From assembly GCF_001194135.2 (NCBI RefSeq), contig NC_069008.1, positions 10,979,412 to 11,028,375 on the forward strand: 48,964 bases of DNA, read 5' to 3'. The stretch comes from Octopus bimaculoides. Its lineage: Eukaryota. This document shows positions 1-10,544 of this stretch, in pieces. The position numbers and the translations under genes are program-made. Numbering within the stretch: position 1 is the stretch's first letter; the number at the start of each line of letters is the position of its first letter. The notes beneath the pieces are model-generated. The model ran no database searches and was not told the DNA's origin. It saw nothing but the letters and a program-made list of their open reading frames with translations.

Positions 1-18
1 AGTATATATGTATATATA

Positions 19-245
19 TTGGGTTGTCCGGAAAGTTCGTGCCGATTTTTAAACGAAAGAAAAGGTCAATAAATACTTGCCATTACATTTTTAATCAACC
101 AAATATGAACCATTTTGTTGCACAATGCATCTCCATCTCTCCTTTAACTTGAAAATACCCTCTTCCTAGAATTGTGGTGGTTTCATGGCAAATAAGTCGA
201 AAGGTAAGCTACTATAAATTGGCATGAACTTTCCGGACAACCCAA
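19..245 (-). mobile_element. Mariner-derived miniature element (internal-deletion derivative of the family at 25460-26605)
   Basis: 30-bp TIRs at 19-48 and 216-245 (28/30 match, TTGGGTTGTCCGGAAAGTTC...), TA on both sides. The interior is the reverse complement of the transposase 3' end seen at about 26420-26605. Confidence 0.9.
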
Positions 246-256
246 TATATATATGT

Positions 257-348
257 ATGGCTGTGTGGTTAAGAAGATTGCTTCCCAACAAAATGGCTTG
301 AGGTTCAATCCCACTGTTTGAAACCTTGCACAAGTGTCTTCTACTTTG
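257..348 (+). mobile_element. SINE head fragment (tRNA-derived)
   Basis: TGGCTGTGTGG A-box-like and GGTTCAATCCC B-box-like motifs, followed by the core start shared with full copies at 7328 and 33153. Confidence 0.7.
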
Positions 349-349
349 T

Positions 350-720
350 GGACAAAACATGAGGAAAGGGAAGATCCAGGAAGACATGGGACAAAGTGGT
401 AAGAAAAAATAATGACCTTCCTTCATATGCTGAGCCTCACAGAGGAGATGACAAGCACTGAGATCATTGCTGATTTGCAGTGCTTGAAAAGACCTATCCA
501 TCTAAGGAAAATAAGGCCCTAAGGACATGTTTTTTTTATCTCTGCGCCTCTGTACACAGTCTGTCCGTAACAAAGCAGAAATAATGCTTGGCACAGTTGT
601 CTGGCTTGCTAGCTACTGTCAAACCATGCAACATATGCCAGTATGAAAGAAACGGATGTTAAATCATTAAATGATGTTGTGCTCCAGCATGATTGAAGCT
701 GCATGACTGAAAAGAATAAA
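350..720 (+). mobile_element. Decayed RTE C-terminal/3' UTR fragment ending in a SINE tail
   Basis: GRSRKTWDKVV-like coding remnant at about 365-410, similar to other RTE copies. GTGCTCCAGCATG...GACTGAAA SINE tail at about 680-720. Confidence 0.5.
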
Positions 721-735
721 GGAATATATATACAT

Positions 736-1655
736 ATCATCATCATCATCATCATTGTCATCATCATCATCATACATCTGTTTTCCTTGTAGGCATGAGT
801 TGGTTTGACAGAAGCTGTCCAGCTGGGGAGCTGTCCAGACTCCAATTGTCTGTTGTGACTTGGTTTCTATGGCTGGATGCCCTTCCTAATGCCAACTACT
901 TTACAGAGTGTGCTAGGTGCTTCTTACATGCCACTGGTATGGGTGCATATTTATACAGGACCAGCATGAGTGCTTTTTGTGTGGCACCTGTAAAGGACCA
1001 GCCTTTATGTATGAATGATAGGGGTTTTACTTAGCTCAATGCATCTTCTCAAGTACAGAAAATCACAACAACAACTCCTGGTTCCTTGTCATTTCCTCAG
1101 TGAAGCCCAGTATCCAAAGATCCTTTCTCACCACTTTGTCCTACATCTTCCTGGGTCTATCCCTTCCACAGGTTACCTCTACAATTAGAGATTGACACTT
1201 TTTTTTACATAGCTGTCCTCATCCATACATATTGCATGACCAAACCAGTCTTCTCTCTTGCACATATCTGATGCCTCTTATACTCAGCTTTCATCTGCAC
1301 TCTGTTGCATGTGCACACTGACATTACCTATCCAACAGAATATGCTAGCTTCATTTCTTTCAAGCCTTTGCAAGTCCTCTGTAGTCAATCCCCATGTTTC
1401 ACTGCCATGTAGCATAGCTGTATGTACACAGGCATCATACAACCTGCTTTTCTCTCTGAGGAAGAGGCCTTTAATTACCAACAAAGGTGGTAGCTCTCTC
1501 AACTTTACTCAGCTCATTCTTATTCTAGCAACTATGCTTTCAAAACGTCCTCCTCCACTGCTAACTTGGTCCCCTAGGTAACAGAAGCTATATACTACTT
1601 CTAATGATCTCCTGAGCATTAAGGGAGTCTATTGTCTGTGCATTTTTACTGATTA
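736..1655 (-). mobile_element. RTE-clade LINE, 5'-truncated and decayed
   Basis: (CAT)n tail at 736-772 and family 3' UTR. Minus-strand peptide RELPPLLVIKGL..RLYDACVHTAMLHGSETW..RLERNEAS matches the RTE ORF2 C-terminal region in the other copies. Confidence 0.85.
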
Positions 1656-1680
1656 TCATACCTACACATTTTCCAGGCAC

Positions 1681-1716
<36 letters not shown>

Positions 1717-2320
1717 NNNNNNNNNNNNNNNNNNNNNNNNNNNNNNNNNNNNNNNNNNNNNNNNNNNNNNNNNNNNNNNNNNNNNNNNNNNNNNNNNNNN
1801 NNNNNNNNNNNNNNNNNNNNNNNNNNNNNNNNNNNNNNNNNNNNNNNNNNNNNNNNNNNNNNNNNNNNNNNNNNNNNNNNNNNNNNNNNNNNNNNNNNNN
1901 NNNNNNNNNNNNNNNNNNNNNNNNNNNNNNNNNNNNNNNNNNNNNNNNNNNNNNNNNNNNNNNNNNNNNNNNNNNNNNNNNNNNNNNNNNNNNNNNNNNN
2001 NNNNNNNNNNNNNNNNNNNNNNNNNNNNNNNNNNNNNNNNNNNNNNNNNNNNNNNNNNNNNNNNNNNNNNNNNNNNNNNNNNNNNNNNNNNNNNNNNNNN
2101 NNNNNNNNNNNNNNNNNNNNNNNNNNNNNNNNNNNNNNNNNNNNNNNNNNNNNNNNNNNNNNNNNNNNNNNNNNNNNNNNNNNNNNNNNNNNNNNNNNNN
2201 NNNNNNNNNNNNNNNNNNNNNNNNNNNNNNNNNNNNNNNNNNNNNNNNNNNNNNNNNNNNNNNNNNNNNNNNNNNNNNNNNNNNNNNNNNNNNNNATATA
2301 TATATATATATATATATATA

Positions 2321-3490
2321 CTAGCAGAAAGACCGCCTTCCGGGTGGTTTTCAAATTTGATTCCTAATTTTAATAATCTTTATGATATTTTATGTCTAAT
2401 TCTTTCGTTGTATAATAGTACTCACTTGCTTAGTAAATATTGCTTTCATTATTTTATCACAGTCATAATCTCTATTTTTTAAACAAACATCAAGTTAGTC
2501 CAACTACAGAGGGGGGAGCAGTTTGCCAAGTTTTACCTTCCCCTCAAATCAACATAGAGATTTCAATTTAGCAGCCAATCTGTAAGCTTTGCAGTATGAA
2601 CAAACATTGTCAAAGAGACTCCCTGCATTATGTAACTGTACAATAGACAGGACAGTCTGTTCTTGAAAATTATCGAAACTGACTTTCATTGCTAATCTTT
2701 TAACAAAATTCTTCCTAGTTTGAAAATTTTGTCATCTGTACTCCTGCTGTAAATATTCGGTTTCGTCTCTCAGCACCCTGTTTGTTGGTACTGGTGTTTG
2801 TATTTGCATCTCACTGAAGTTTGGAAGGTTTCCCTCTTGATACTGATTATCAATAGAGCAGCTGAACAATCACAGATAGTGAAAGTGACTCAGTGTCTTA
2901 TTTTGGGGTAGAATATTCTCCTGTCAAGATACCCTAACCAGTTGGTAATGTTTACCAGAAACAGAATCATCTCTATGCATACATGCATATTCAGACATTT
3001 GTTTCAGTCGCTTTGCCCTGGTTTTATCCAATTCAGTTGCCTGTCTTTCTCTCTGCCATCGAGCCTTNNNNNNNNNNNNNNNNNNNNNNNNNNNNNNNNN
3101 NNNNNNNNNNNNNNNNNNNNNNNNNNNNNNNNNNNNNNNNNNNNNNNNNNNNNNNNNNNNNNNNNNNNNNNNNNNNNNNNNNNNNNNNNNNNNNNNNNNN
3201 NNNNNNNNNNNNNNNNNNNNNNNNNNNNNNNNNNNNNNNNNNNNNNNNNNNNNNNNNNNNNNNNNNNNNGAAATGAAAAAAATCGTATAAATAAAAGCTT
3301 GTTAAAAAGTATCTTCTACCGAAAATTTAAATTTGTGAACTTGAAATATTCAGTAATAAAAGGAAAGTAAATTTTCCTGAAAACTTCAGTTTATAAAAAA
3401 TCTCACTTGCTTAGTAAATATTTCTTTCAGAAATTTATCGTAGTTGTAATATATCTGTAATTTAAACAAACTTCAAAGTAACTCAATTAT
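2321..3490 (-). mobile_element. Decayed non-autonomous Helitron (Rep/Hel N-terminal remnant plus 3' terminus); 5' boundary approximate
   Basis: Minus strand ends ACCACC-CGGAA-GGCGGT (2348-2332), 7-nt spacer, CTAG (2324-2321), then T. Reading frame about 2860-2510 gives ...DNFQEQTVLSIVQLHNAGSLFDNVCSYCKAYRLAAKLKSLC*FEGKVKLGKL, matching the Helitron CxxC..CCxxGKVxL motif. STPR-like repeat at 3034-2984. Confidence 0.7.
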
Positions 3491-3589
3491 GTTAAGCTTG
3501 CTAGAAATAGCAGCAATCACATAGTTATTATTGTAAGGGTTATAGTGTTCCAAGCAGCCATACCAACAAAATCACTTATTTTTTTAATT

Positions 3590-3966
3590 CTTGTTTGTTA
3601 CTTGTTTTAGTCATTTGACAGCGATCATACTGGAGCACCGCCTTTAGTCAAACAAATTGACCCCAGGACTTATTCTTTGTAAGCCTAGAACTTAGTCTAT
3701 CAGTCTCTTTTGCTGAACCACTAAGTTACAGGGACGTAAACACACCAACATTGGTGTCAAGCGATGGGGGCGGGGAACACAGACACAAATAGCAAATACA
3801 TACATACATATATACACACACAAATTTATATGATGGGCATCTTTCAGTGTCAACCAAATCCACCCACAGGGCTTTGGTCAGCCCAAGGTGCCACACAGTG
3901 GGAACTGAACCCAGAACCATGTGATTGGGAAGCAAGCTTCTTACCATACAGCCACACCTGCGCCTA
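3590..3966 (-). mobile_element. tRNA-derived SINE, near full length
   Basis: Reverse complement of the head/core/tail layout of the 33153 copy, with a small core deletion. Confidence 0.9.
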
Positions 3967-4080
3967 TATATGTATATATAATATAATATAGGATAAATTC
4001 TTTATAAGAATTTATCAAGTAGTCAGCGTGAAAAAAACCCATAAGGAAAAAAACCCATCGTTTTTTTTCCATAAATATAT

Positions 4081-4130
4081 ATAATTTATATAAGGGCATT
4101 ACTATATAGTAATGCCCTTATATAAATTAT
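4081..4130. repeat. Perfect 50-bp palindrome
   Basis: ATAATTTATATAAGGGCATTACTAT followed directly by its exact reverse complement. Confidence 0.95.
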
Positions 4131-4166
4131 GTACATNNNNNNNNNNNNNNNNNNNNNNNNNNNTAC

Positions 4167-4194
<28 letters not shown>

Positions 4195-4199
<5 letters not shown>

Positions 4200-4353
4200 G
4201 CTTCTTTCAGTTTCTGTCTACCAAAGCCACTCACAAGGCTTTGGTCAGCCCGAGGCTATAGTAGAGGACACTTGCCCAAGGTGTTACACAGTGGGACTGA
4301 ACCTAGAACCATGTGGTTGGGAAGCAAGCATTTTACTGCATAGCCACTCCTGC
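4195..4353 (-). mobile_element. SINE 5' half
   Basis: Reverse complement of the head and core; the tail side lies in the (TA)n tract and gap. Confidence 0.85.
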
Positions 4354-4952
4354 ACCTTCTTAATCTAACAAGAAAAAAAATTATACCGGTATATTAAAAA
4401 ATTTTCATTTTATCAAAAATATTCATTTAACAAACTCTGGAAGCTAATAATATTCTTGAAATTGTGCCTCATATAAGTTATACAGCTATTTTGTCTAATA
4501 GCATTCATTCAATAAATAATTTTTTACATTATGTATATAAAATAAACTATGAGTTCTGCAAATAGTGAATTGAAACTTGAAATGAAAACATTGAATTGAA
4601 TATATATTAAAATATTAATGAAAATATGGGTGAGGGCAAGTGAGAGAGAGTTGCAAATGAAAATGGAAAATTTCACCTGCAATGAACTAATATTGTTTAT
4701 TAAACATTTAAATTTACTCCACTGTGAATTCAATGAATATTTAAATTTGTAAAAAACTTGTAGTTCAAATATTCAATAAACTTCAGAAATTGAAATTACA
4801 GAAAATTTCTTGGAACATGAATTTATAAAAAAGATTCCAGATGGTCAAGCCTTTAATAATTGCTTTCTTTTAGCAACTGTTACACACCTAATTAATAAGC
4901 AGCTTTCGCCATTATAATATATGTATATGCACACACGTGTGCACACACGCAC

Positions 4953-5103
4953 ACATATTTATTATTCTTATACAAGAATGTTGTTGACAGAGACTTCAAA
5001 GTTTTGCCAACTAAGCTATCATCGGGCTGCCAATGATAGCTTTAGCTGGTCACAGCTCATATTTACTGTCAACAATATTCTTGTAGAAGAATAACAAATT
5101 TGT
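4953..5103. mobile_element. Small MITE-like foldback element
   Basis: 4963-4990 and 5066-5093 are inverted repeats (26/28), extending imperfectly about 10 bp outward. Inner inverted repeat AAGCTATCAT (5013-5022) / ATGATAGCTT (5033-5042). Confidence 0.7.
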
Positions 5104-5142
5104 ACTCTACAATATACAATAGTATAGAGTAACTTACCAGAT

Positions 5143-5181
5143 TAATGTGAAATTGTTTTTATTATAATTGATCATAATTAA

Positions 5182-5226
<45 letters not shown>

Positions 5227-5982
5227 ATATATAAAGATATTAGGGAAAAAATGGAAATTACAAATCTCCTTATTCATGAAGTAAATTCAGTGGAATATAC
5301 TGCCAAACTGTTGTTGACATCAGGTAGCTGAATGCTATGAACAGGCTTTAAACAGCATATTATCAGGGGTATACCAAAATTTTAAATTATTACATATATA
5401 TATGTGTATGTGTGTGTGTGTGTGTGTGTGTTTAAAAATACACTTGAATACACACACATATTTATATACATACAGACACACATACACACACTTGCATGTA
5501 CACATTTACACCTTTGATATTACATCTCGTGTTTTATTTATACATGTACACACATACACTCACACACATTCAATCATGCACAAACACATATACATGCACT
5601 CAAGCAAACACATGCATGCATGCAATCGCATACACATGAATGCACACACACACACACACACACACACAAGCACAAGCACATATTTACACCTCTGTGCTAG
5701 CAAATCCTATAGACACTGTTACTTGGTAACATTCTAAAATGGCTAATGACATTACAGCAACAATCACGTTCATCAATACCAACTCCAACATTACAACACC
5801 TCTCATTGATTCCACTACACCACAACCACGACTGCCATTACAACTGCAAACACCATTCTACAGATGCTGCTACCATTCCCCCCTTTCCCCGACCCCACCC
5901 CTGTCATTAGTACCGACACCATCACAACCAGCAACGCTTTCACTGCTGCAACCAGCAACAGCATTACTATTATTACTAATAC

Positions 5983-6044
<62 letters not shown>

Positions 6045-6065
6045 CATTACCATGACCACCACCAT
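5143..6065. repeat. Microsatellite/low-complexity cluster: (TG)n, (CA)n, (CAT)n
   Basis: Directly visible tracts; they account for the poly-M/I/H/S ORFs in the track. Confidence 0.95.
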
Positions 6066-6811
6066 CAGAGTCAATCTCATTTATCTTTTATTTAGTTCAG
6101 TCATTTATCATTATTTTTTTGCTTCATTCAGTCATGTATTGNNNNNNNNNNNNNNNNNNNNNNNNNNNNNNNNNNNNNNNNNNNNNNNNNNNNNNNNNNN
6201 NNNNNNNNNNNNNNNNNNNNNNNNNNNNNNNNNNNNNNNNNNNNNNNNNNNNNNNNNNNNNNNNNNNNNNNNNNNNNNNNNNNNNNNNNNNNNNNNNNNN
6301 NNNNNNNNNNNNNNNNNNNNNNNNNNNNNNNNNNNNNNNNNNNNNNNNNNNNNNNNNNNNNNNNNNNNNNNNNNNNNNNNNNNNNNNNNNNNNNNNNNNN
6401 NNNNNNNNNNNNNNNNNNNNNNNNNNNNNNNNNNNNNNNNNNNNNNNNNNNNNNNNNNNNNNNNNNNNNNNNNNNNNNNNNNNNNNNNNNNNNNNNNNNN
6501 NNNNNNNNNNNNNNNNNNNNNNNNNNNNNNNNNNNNNNNNNNNNNNNNNNNNNNNNNNNNNNNNNNNNNNNNNNNNNNNNNNNNNNNNNNNNNNNNNNNN
6601 NNNNNNNNNNNNNNNNNNNNNNNNNNNNNNNNNNNNNNNNNNNNNNNNNNNNNNNNNNNNNNNNNNNNNNNNNNNNNNNNNNNNNNNNNNNNNNNNNNNN
6701 NNNNNNNNNTATATGATGTATAATGTGTAGTGTACATTAAGTACTGTTCCATGATAGAAAATTCAGCCAAAAAAGTACTCCATCTGGTCAGAGATAAGTC
6801 TTAGTTATTTA

Positions 6812-7296
6812 ATGGACACAATACATGTTTCTTTAAGTGCTACTAATAGTTTTATATGTTAAGAAATATTTCAAACATATTCTTCAGGCACAAACCACAT
6901 ATCATAACGAATTTTTTTTAAAAAATGAATAAGAGAAGAAATGCAAAGAAAACAAAAAGACAGCATATAGAAAATGCAGAAAGTAAAAAATTGGAAAACA
7001 AAGACACAAAAAGGTAAAAACTAAAATGAAAAATGTAAAAAGGTAAAAGAGTTATCCTCTTTAACACTGATTAACTTGTTGATATCTTTTCAGCTTTATA
7101 ATTTAAGGTCTAAGGAAGATAATTCTTTTACCATTTTACTTTTTGCTTTTTACATTTTAGTTTTTGTGTTTTCATTTTCCATTTTCTGTTTTCTGTTTTT
7201 TAGTTTGCTATATGTGGTTTGCACCTGAAGAATATGTGAGATATTTCTCAACATTTGAAATTATTAGTAGCACTTAAAGGCATGTATTGTGTCCTT
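6812..7296. mobile_element. Foldback/MITE with about 85-bp TIRs, TA-flanked
   Basis: GGACACAATACATG...CAAACCACATAT at about 6814-6902 and its reverse complement at about 7209-7294. TA at 6810-6811 and 7297-7298. Inner A-rich and T-rich arms are also roughly complementary. Confidence 0.8.
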
Positions 7297-7327
7297 TAGA
7301 ATGGATGAAATTTAAAATATATATATA

Positions 7328-7764
7328 GGCACAGGAGTGGCTCTGTGGTAAGTAGCTTATTTACCAACCACATGGTTCCAAATTCATTCCCACTGCGCGG
7401 CACATTGGGCAAGTATCTTCTACTATAGCCTTGGGCTGACCAAAGCCTTGTGAGTGGATTTGATAGACAGAAAATCAAAGCCTGTCGTATATATGTATGT
7501 ATATATATATATATATATATGTATGTATATATATATGTGTGTGTGTATATGTTTGTGTGTCTGTGTTTGTCCACCCCAACATCGCTTGACAACCAATGGT
7601 GGTGTGTTTACGTCCCTGTAACTTAGCAGTTCAGCAAATGAGACTGATAGAATAAGTACTAGGCTTCCAAAGAATAAGTCCTGGGGTTGATTTGCTTGAC
7701 TAAAGGCGGTGCTCCAGCATGGCCACAGTCAAATGACTGAAACAAGTAAAAGAGAGAGTAAAGA

Positions 7765-7765
<1 letters not shown>
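7328..7765 (+). mobile_element. tRNA-derived SINE, full length
   Basis: A/B-box-like head, core, internal (TA/TG)n, tail ...GGTGCTCCAGCATGGCCACAGTC...AAAAGAG. Confidence 0.95.
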
Positions 7766-7815
<50 letters not shown>

Positions 7816-7822
7816 CACATAT

Positions 7823-7865
<43 letters not shown>

Positions 7866-7879
7866 CACATACATATATA

Positions 7880-8200
7880 TGACGGTTGGGAGACAAACAC
7901 AGACACTTATTCTTTCAGTCACTTCTGCTAAGCTGGTAAGTTTTGAGGATGTAAACACACCAACACCAGTTGTTAAGCAATAGTGGAGGAGAAACAAGAC
8001 AAGGATACACGCCTCTCCCCACCCATATACATATGTGCATATGACATGCTTTTTTCAGTTTCTGTATACCAAATCTATTCACAAGATTTTAGTTAGCCTG
8101 AGGATATAGTAGAAGACACTTGCCCTAGGCACAGTGCTATGAGACTGAACCTGGAACCATGTGGTTGAGAAGCAAACTTCTTACCATTCTGCCATGCCTG
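7880..8200 (-). mobile_element. tRNA-derived SINE, tail-truncated
   Basis: Reverse complement of the same family. Confidence 0.85.
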
Positions 8201-8239
8201 CATTACTATCACATTTAGCATTATGTTCAACGGCTATCT

Positions 8240-8490
8240 ACAATTACTACTGCAACTACCACTATCACCACCACCACCACCACCACCACCACATTGCTCC
8301 GTATCACAACCGTTAATATTACAACCACCATCACCTTCACTACTAATACCATGACTCCCCCGTCATCACAACTATAATCACCCCAACAACTACCACTGCT
8401 ATCACCATCATCACTACTATCAACATCACAAACACTACTGCCACAATACTGCAAACCACCTCCACCACCACCACAAGAACCACTACCATA
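8240..8490. repeat. Degenerate trinucleotide low-complexity tract (ACC/ACT/ATC)
   Basis: Visible tract; source of the poly-V/G ORF. Confidence 0.85.
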
Positions 8491-8830
8491 GAACAATATA
8501 ACTGAAATATTTAGTATGTCTGATAAAATCTCAAGAGCCAGTGCACGTGAATAGATGTGTATGAGTATGAATCTATATTTGTTTGTATGTTTATGCATGT
8601 GCCTATATCTATATGCATATGTATTATATGTATATATGGCCACGTATATCTCTAATACGACTGCACGTCTGATTTTTGTGGCAGTGTATGTTAGCATATA
8701 TGTGTATGCGTGTATGGAAAAGAGAAAGTTGATATAGATATATATATAGGTATGTATTCAGAAAGAGCAAATACTCAGGAGTGAATATTAGATATTATCA
8801 TTATTATTATTATTATTATTATCCAGGGTA

Positions 8831-8877
<47 letters not shown>

Positions 8878-9775
8878 NNNNNNNNNNNNNNNNNNNNNNN
8901 NNNNNNNNNNNNNNNNNNNNNNNNNNNNNNNNNNNNNNNNNNNNNNNNNNNNNNNNNNNNNNNNNNNNNNNNNNNNNNNNNNNNNNNNNNNNNNNNNNNN
9001 NNNNNNNNNNNNNNNNNNNNNNNNNNNNNNNNNNNNNNNNNNNNNNNNNNNNNNNNNNNNNNNNNNNNNNNNNNNNNNNNNNNNNNNNNNNNNNNNNNNN
9101 NNNNNNNNNNNNNNNNNNNNNNNNNNNNNNNNNNNNNNNNNNNNNNNNNNNNNNNNNNNNNNNNNNNNNNNNNNNNNNNNNNNNNNNNNNNNNNNNNNNN
9201 NNNNNNNNNNNNNNNNNNNNNNNNNNNNNNNNNNNNNNNNNNNNNNNNNNNNNNNNNNNNNNNNNNNNNNNNNNNNNNNNNNNNNNNNNNNNNNNNNNNN
9301 NNNNNNNNNNNNNNNNNNNNNNNNNNNNNNNNNNNNNNNNNNNNNNNNNNNNNNNNNNNNNNNNNNNNNNNNNNNNNNNNNNNNNNNNNNNNNNNNNNNN
9401 NNNNNNNNNNNNNNNNNNNNNNNNNNNNNNNNNNNNNNNNNNNNNNNNNNNNNNNNNNNNNNNNNNNNNNNNNNNNNNNNNNNNNNNNNNNNNNNNNNNN
9501 NNNNNNNNNNNNNNNNNNNNNNNNNNNNNNNNNNNNNNNNNNNNNNNNNNNNNNNNNNNNNNNNNNNNNNNNNNNNNNNNNNNNNNNNNNNNNNNNNNNN
9601 NNNNNNNNNNNNNNNNNNNNNNNNNNNNNNNNNNNNNNNNNNNNNNNNNNNNNNNNNNNNNNNNNNNNNNNNNNNNNNNNNNNNNNNNNNNNNNNNNNNN
9701 NNNNNNNNNNNNNNNNNNNNNNNNNNNNNNNNNNNNNNNNNNNNNNNNNNNNNNNNNNNNNNNNNNNNNNNNNNN

Positions 9776-10140
9776 CTTCTCATGCACAACACATTTCCAA
9801 AGGTCTCGGTCAGTAGTCATCGCCTCGGTGAGGCCCAATGTACGAAGGTCTTGCCTCACCACCTCAGCCCAGGTCTTCCTGGGCCTACCTCTTCCACGGG
9901 TTCCCTCAACTGTTAGGGTGTGGCACTTTTTCACGCAGCTATCCTCATCCATTCTCACCACATGTCCATACCAGCGCAATCGTCTCTCTTGCACACCGCA
10001 ACTGATGCTTCTAATGTTCAGCTTTTCTCTCAAGATACTTACACTCTGACGGGTATTCACATTGACATTACACATCCAACGGAGCATACTGGCTTCATTC
10101 CTTGCGAGCTTACGTATGTCCATGTAGCATGGCTGTTCGT
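9776..10140 (-). mobile_element. RTE LINE ORF2 C-terminal fragment, well preserved
   Basis: Open frame RNEASMLRWMCNV...QERRLRWYGHVVRMDEDSCVKKC..GRGRPRKTWAEVVRQDL; runs into a gap. Confidence 0.9.
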
Positions 10141-10544
10141 ACACATATATATATATATATGTTTAATAATCAGTTGATCTAGCAAGCGGGGCCTCATATC
10201 AGTGACGGGGGCCAGTGCGCATTGATGCCGTCGAGAGGTAGGCCCCGAAACGGCGCGCATTCTCTCCTGATGACCCCATACACTTGCTGGCTTCCGGTAT
10301 ATGGAGTNNNNNNNNNNATTCTCTCCTGATGACCCCATACACTTGCTGGCTTCCGGTATATGGAGTTCTTGACTGGTAGCACTTGCATGTGCAAGTTGTT
10401 TGCAAGACACATATATATATATATATATATATAAATACACACACAGGCAGATACACACACACACATATATACATGTGTATACATTACACATTAAGAGGAG
10501 AACCACCAAGTGCACTGGTATTAATTATTATTTTCGAGGCAAGT

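Noticed and set aside
10259-10367. 49-bp tandem duplication around the 10-N gap
   Set aside because: Identical sequence on both sides of a nominal 10-N gap is the usual signature of an unmerged contig overlap; the gap at 37864 shows similar mirrored flanks.
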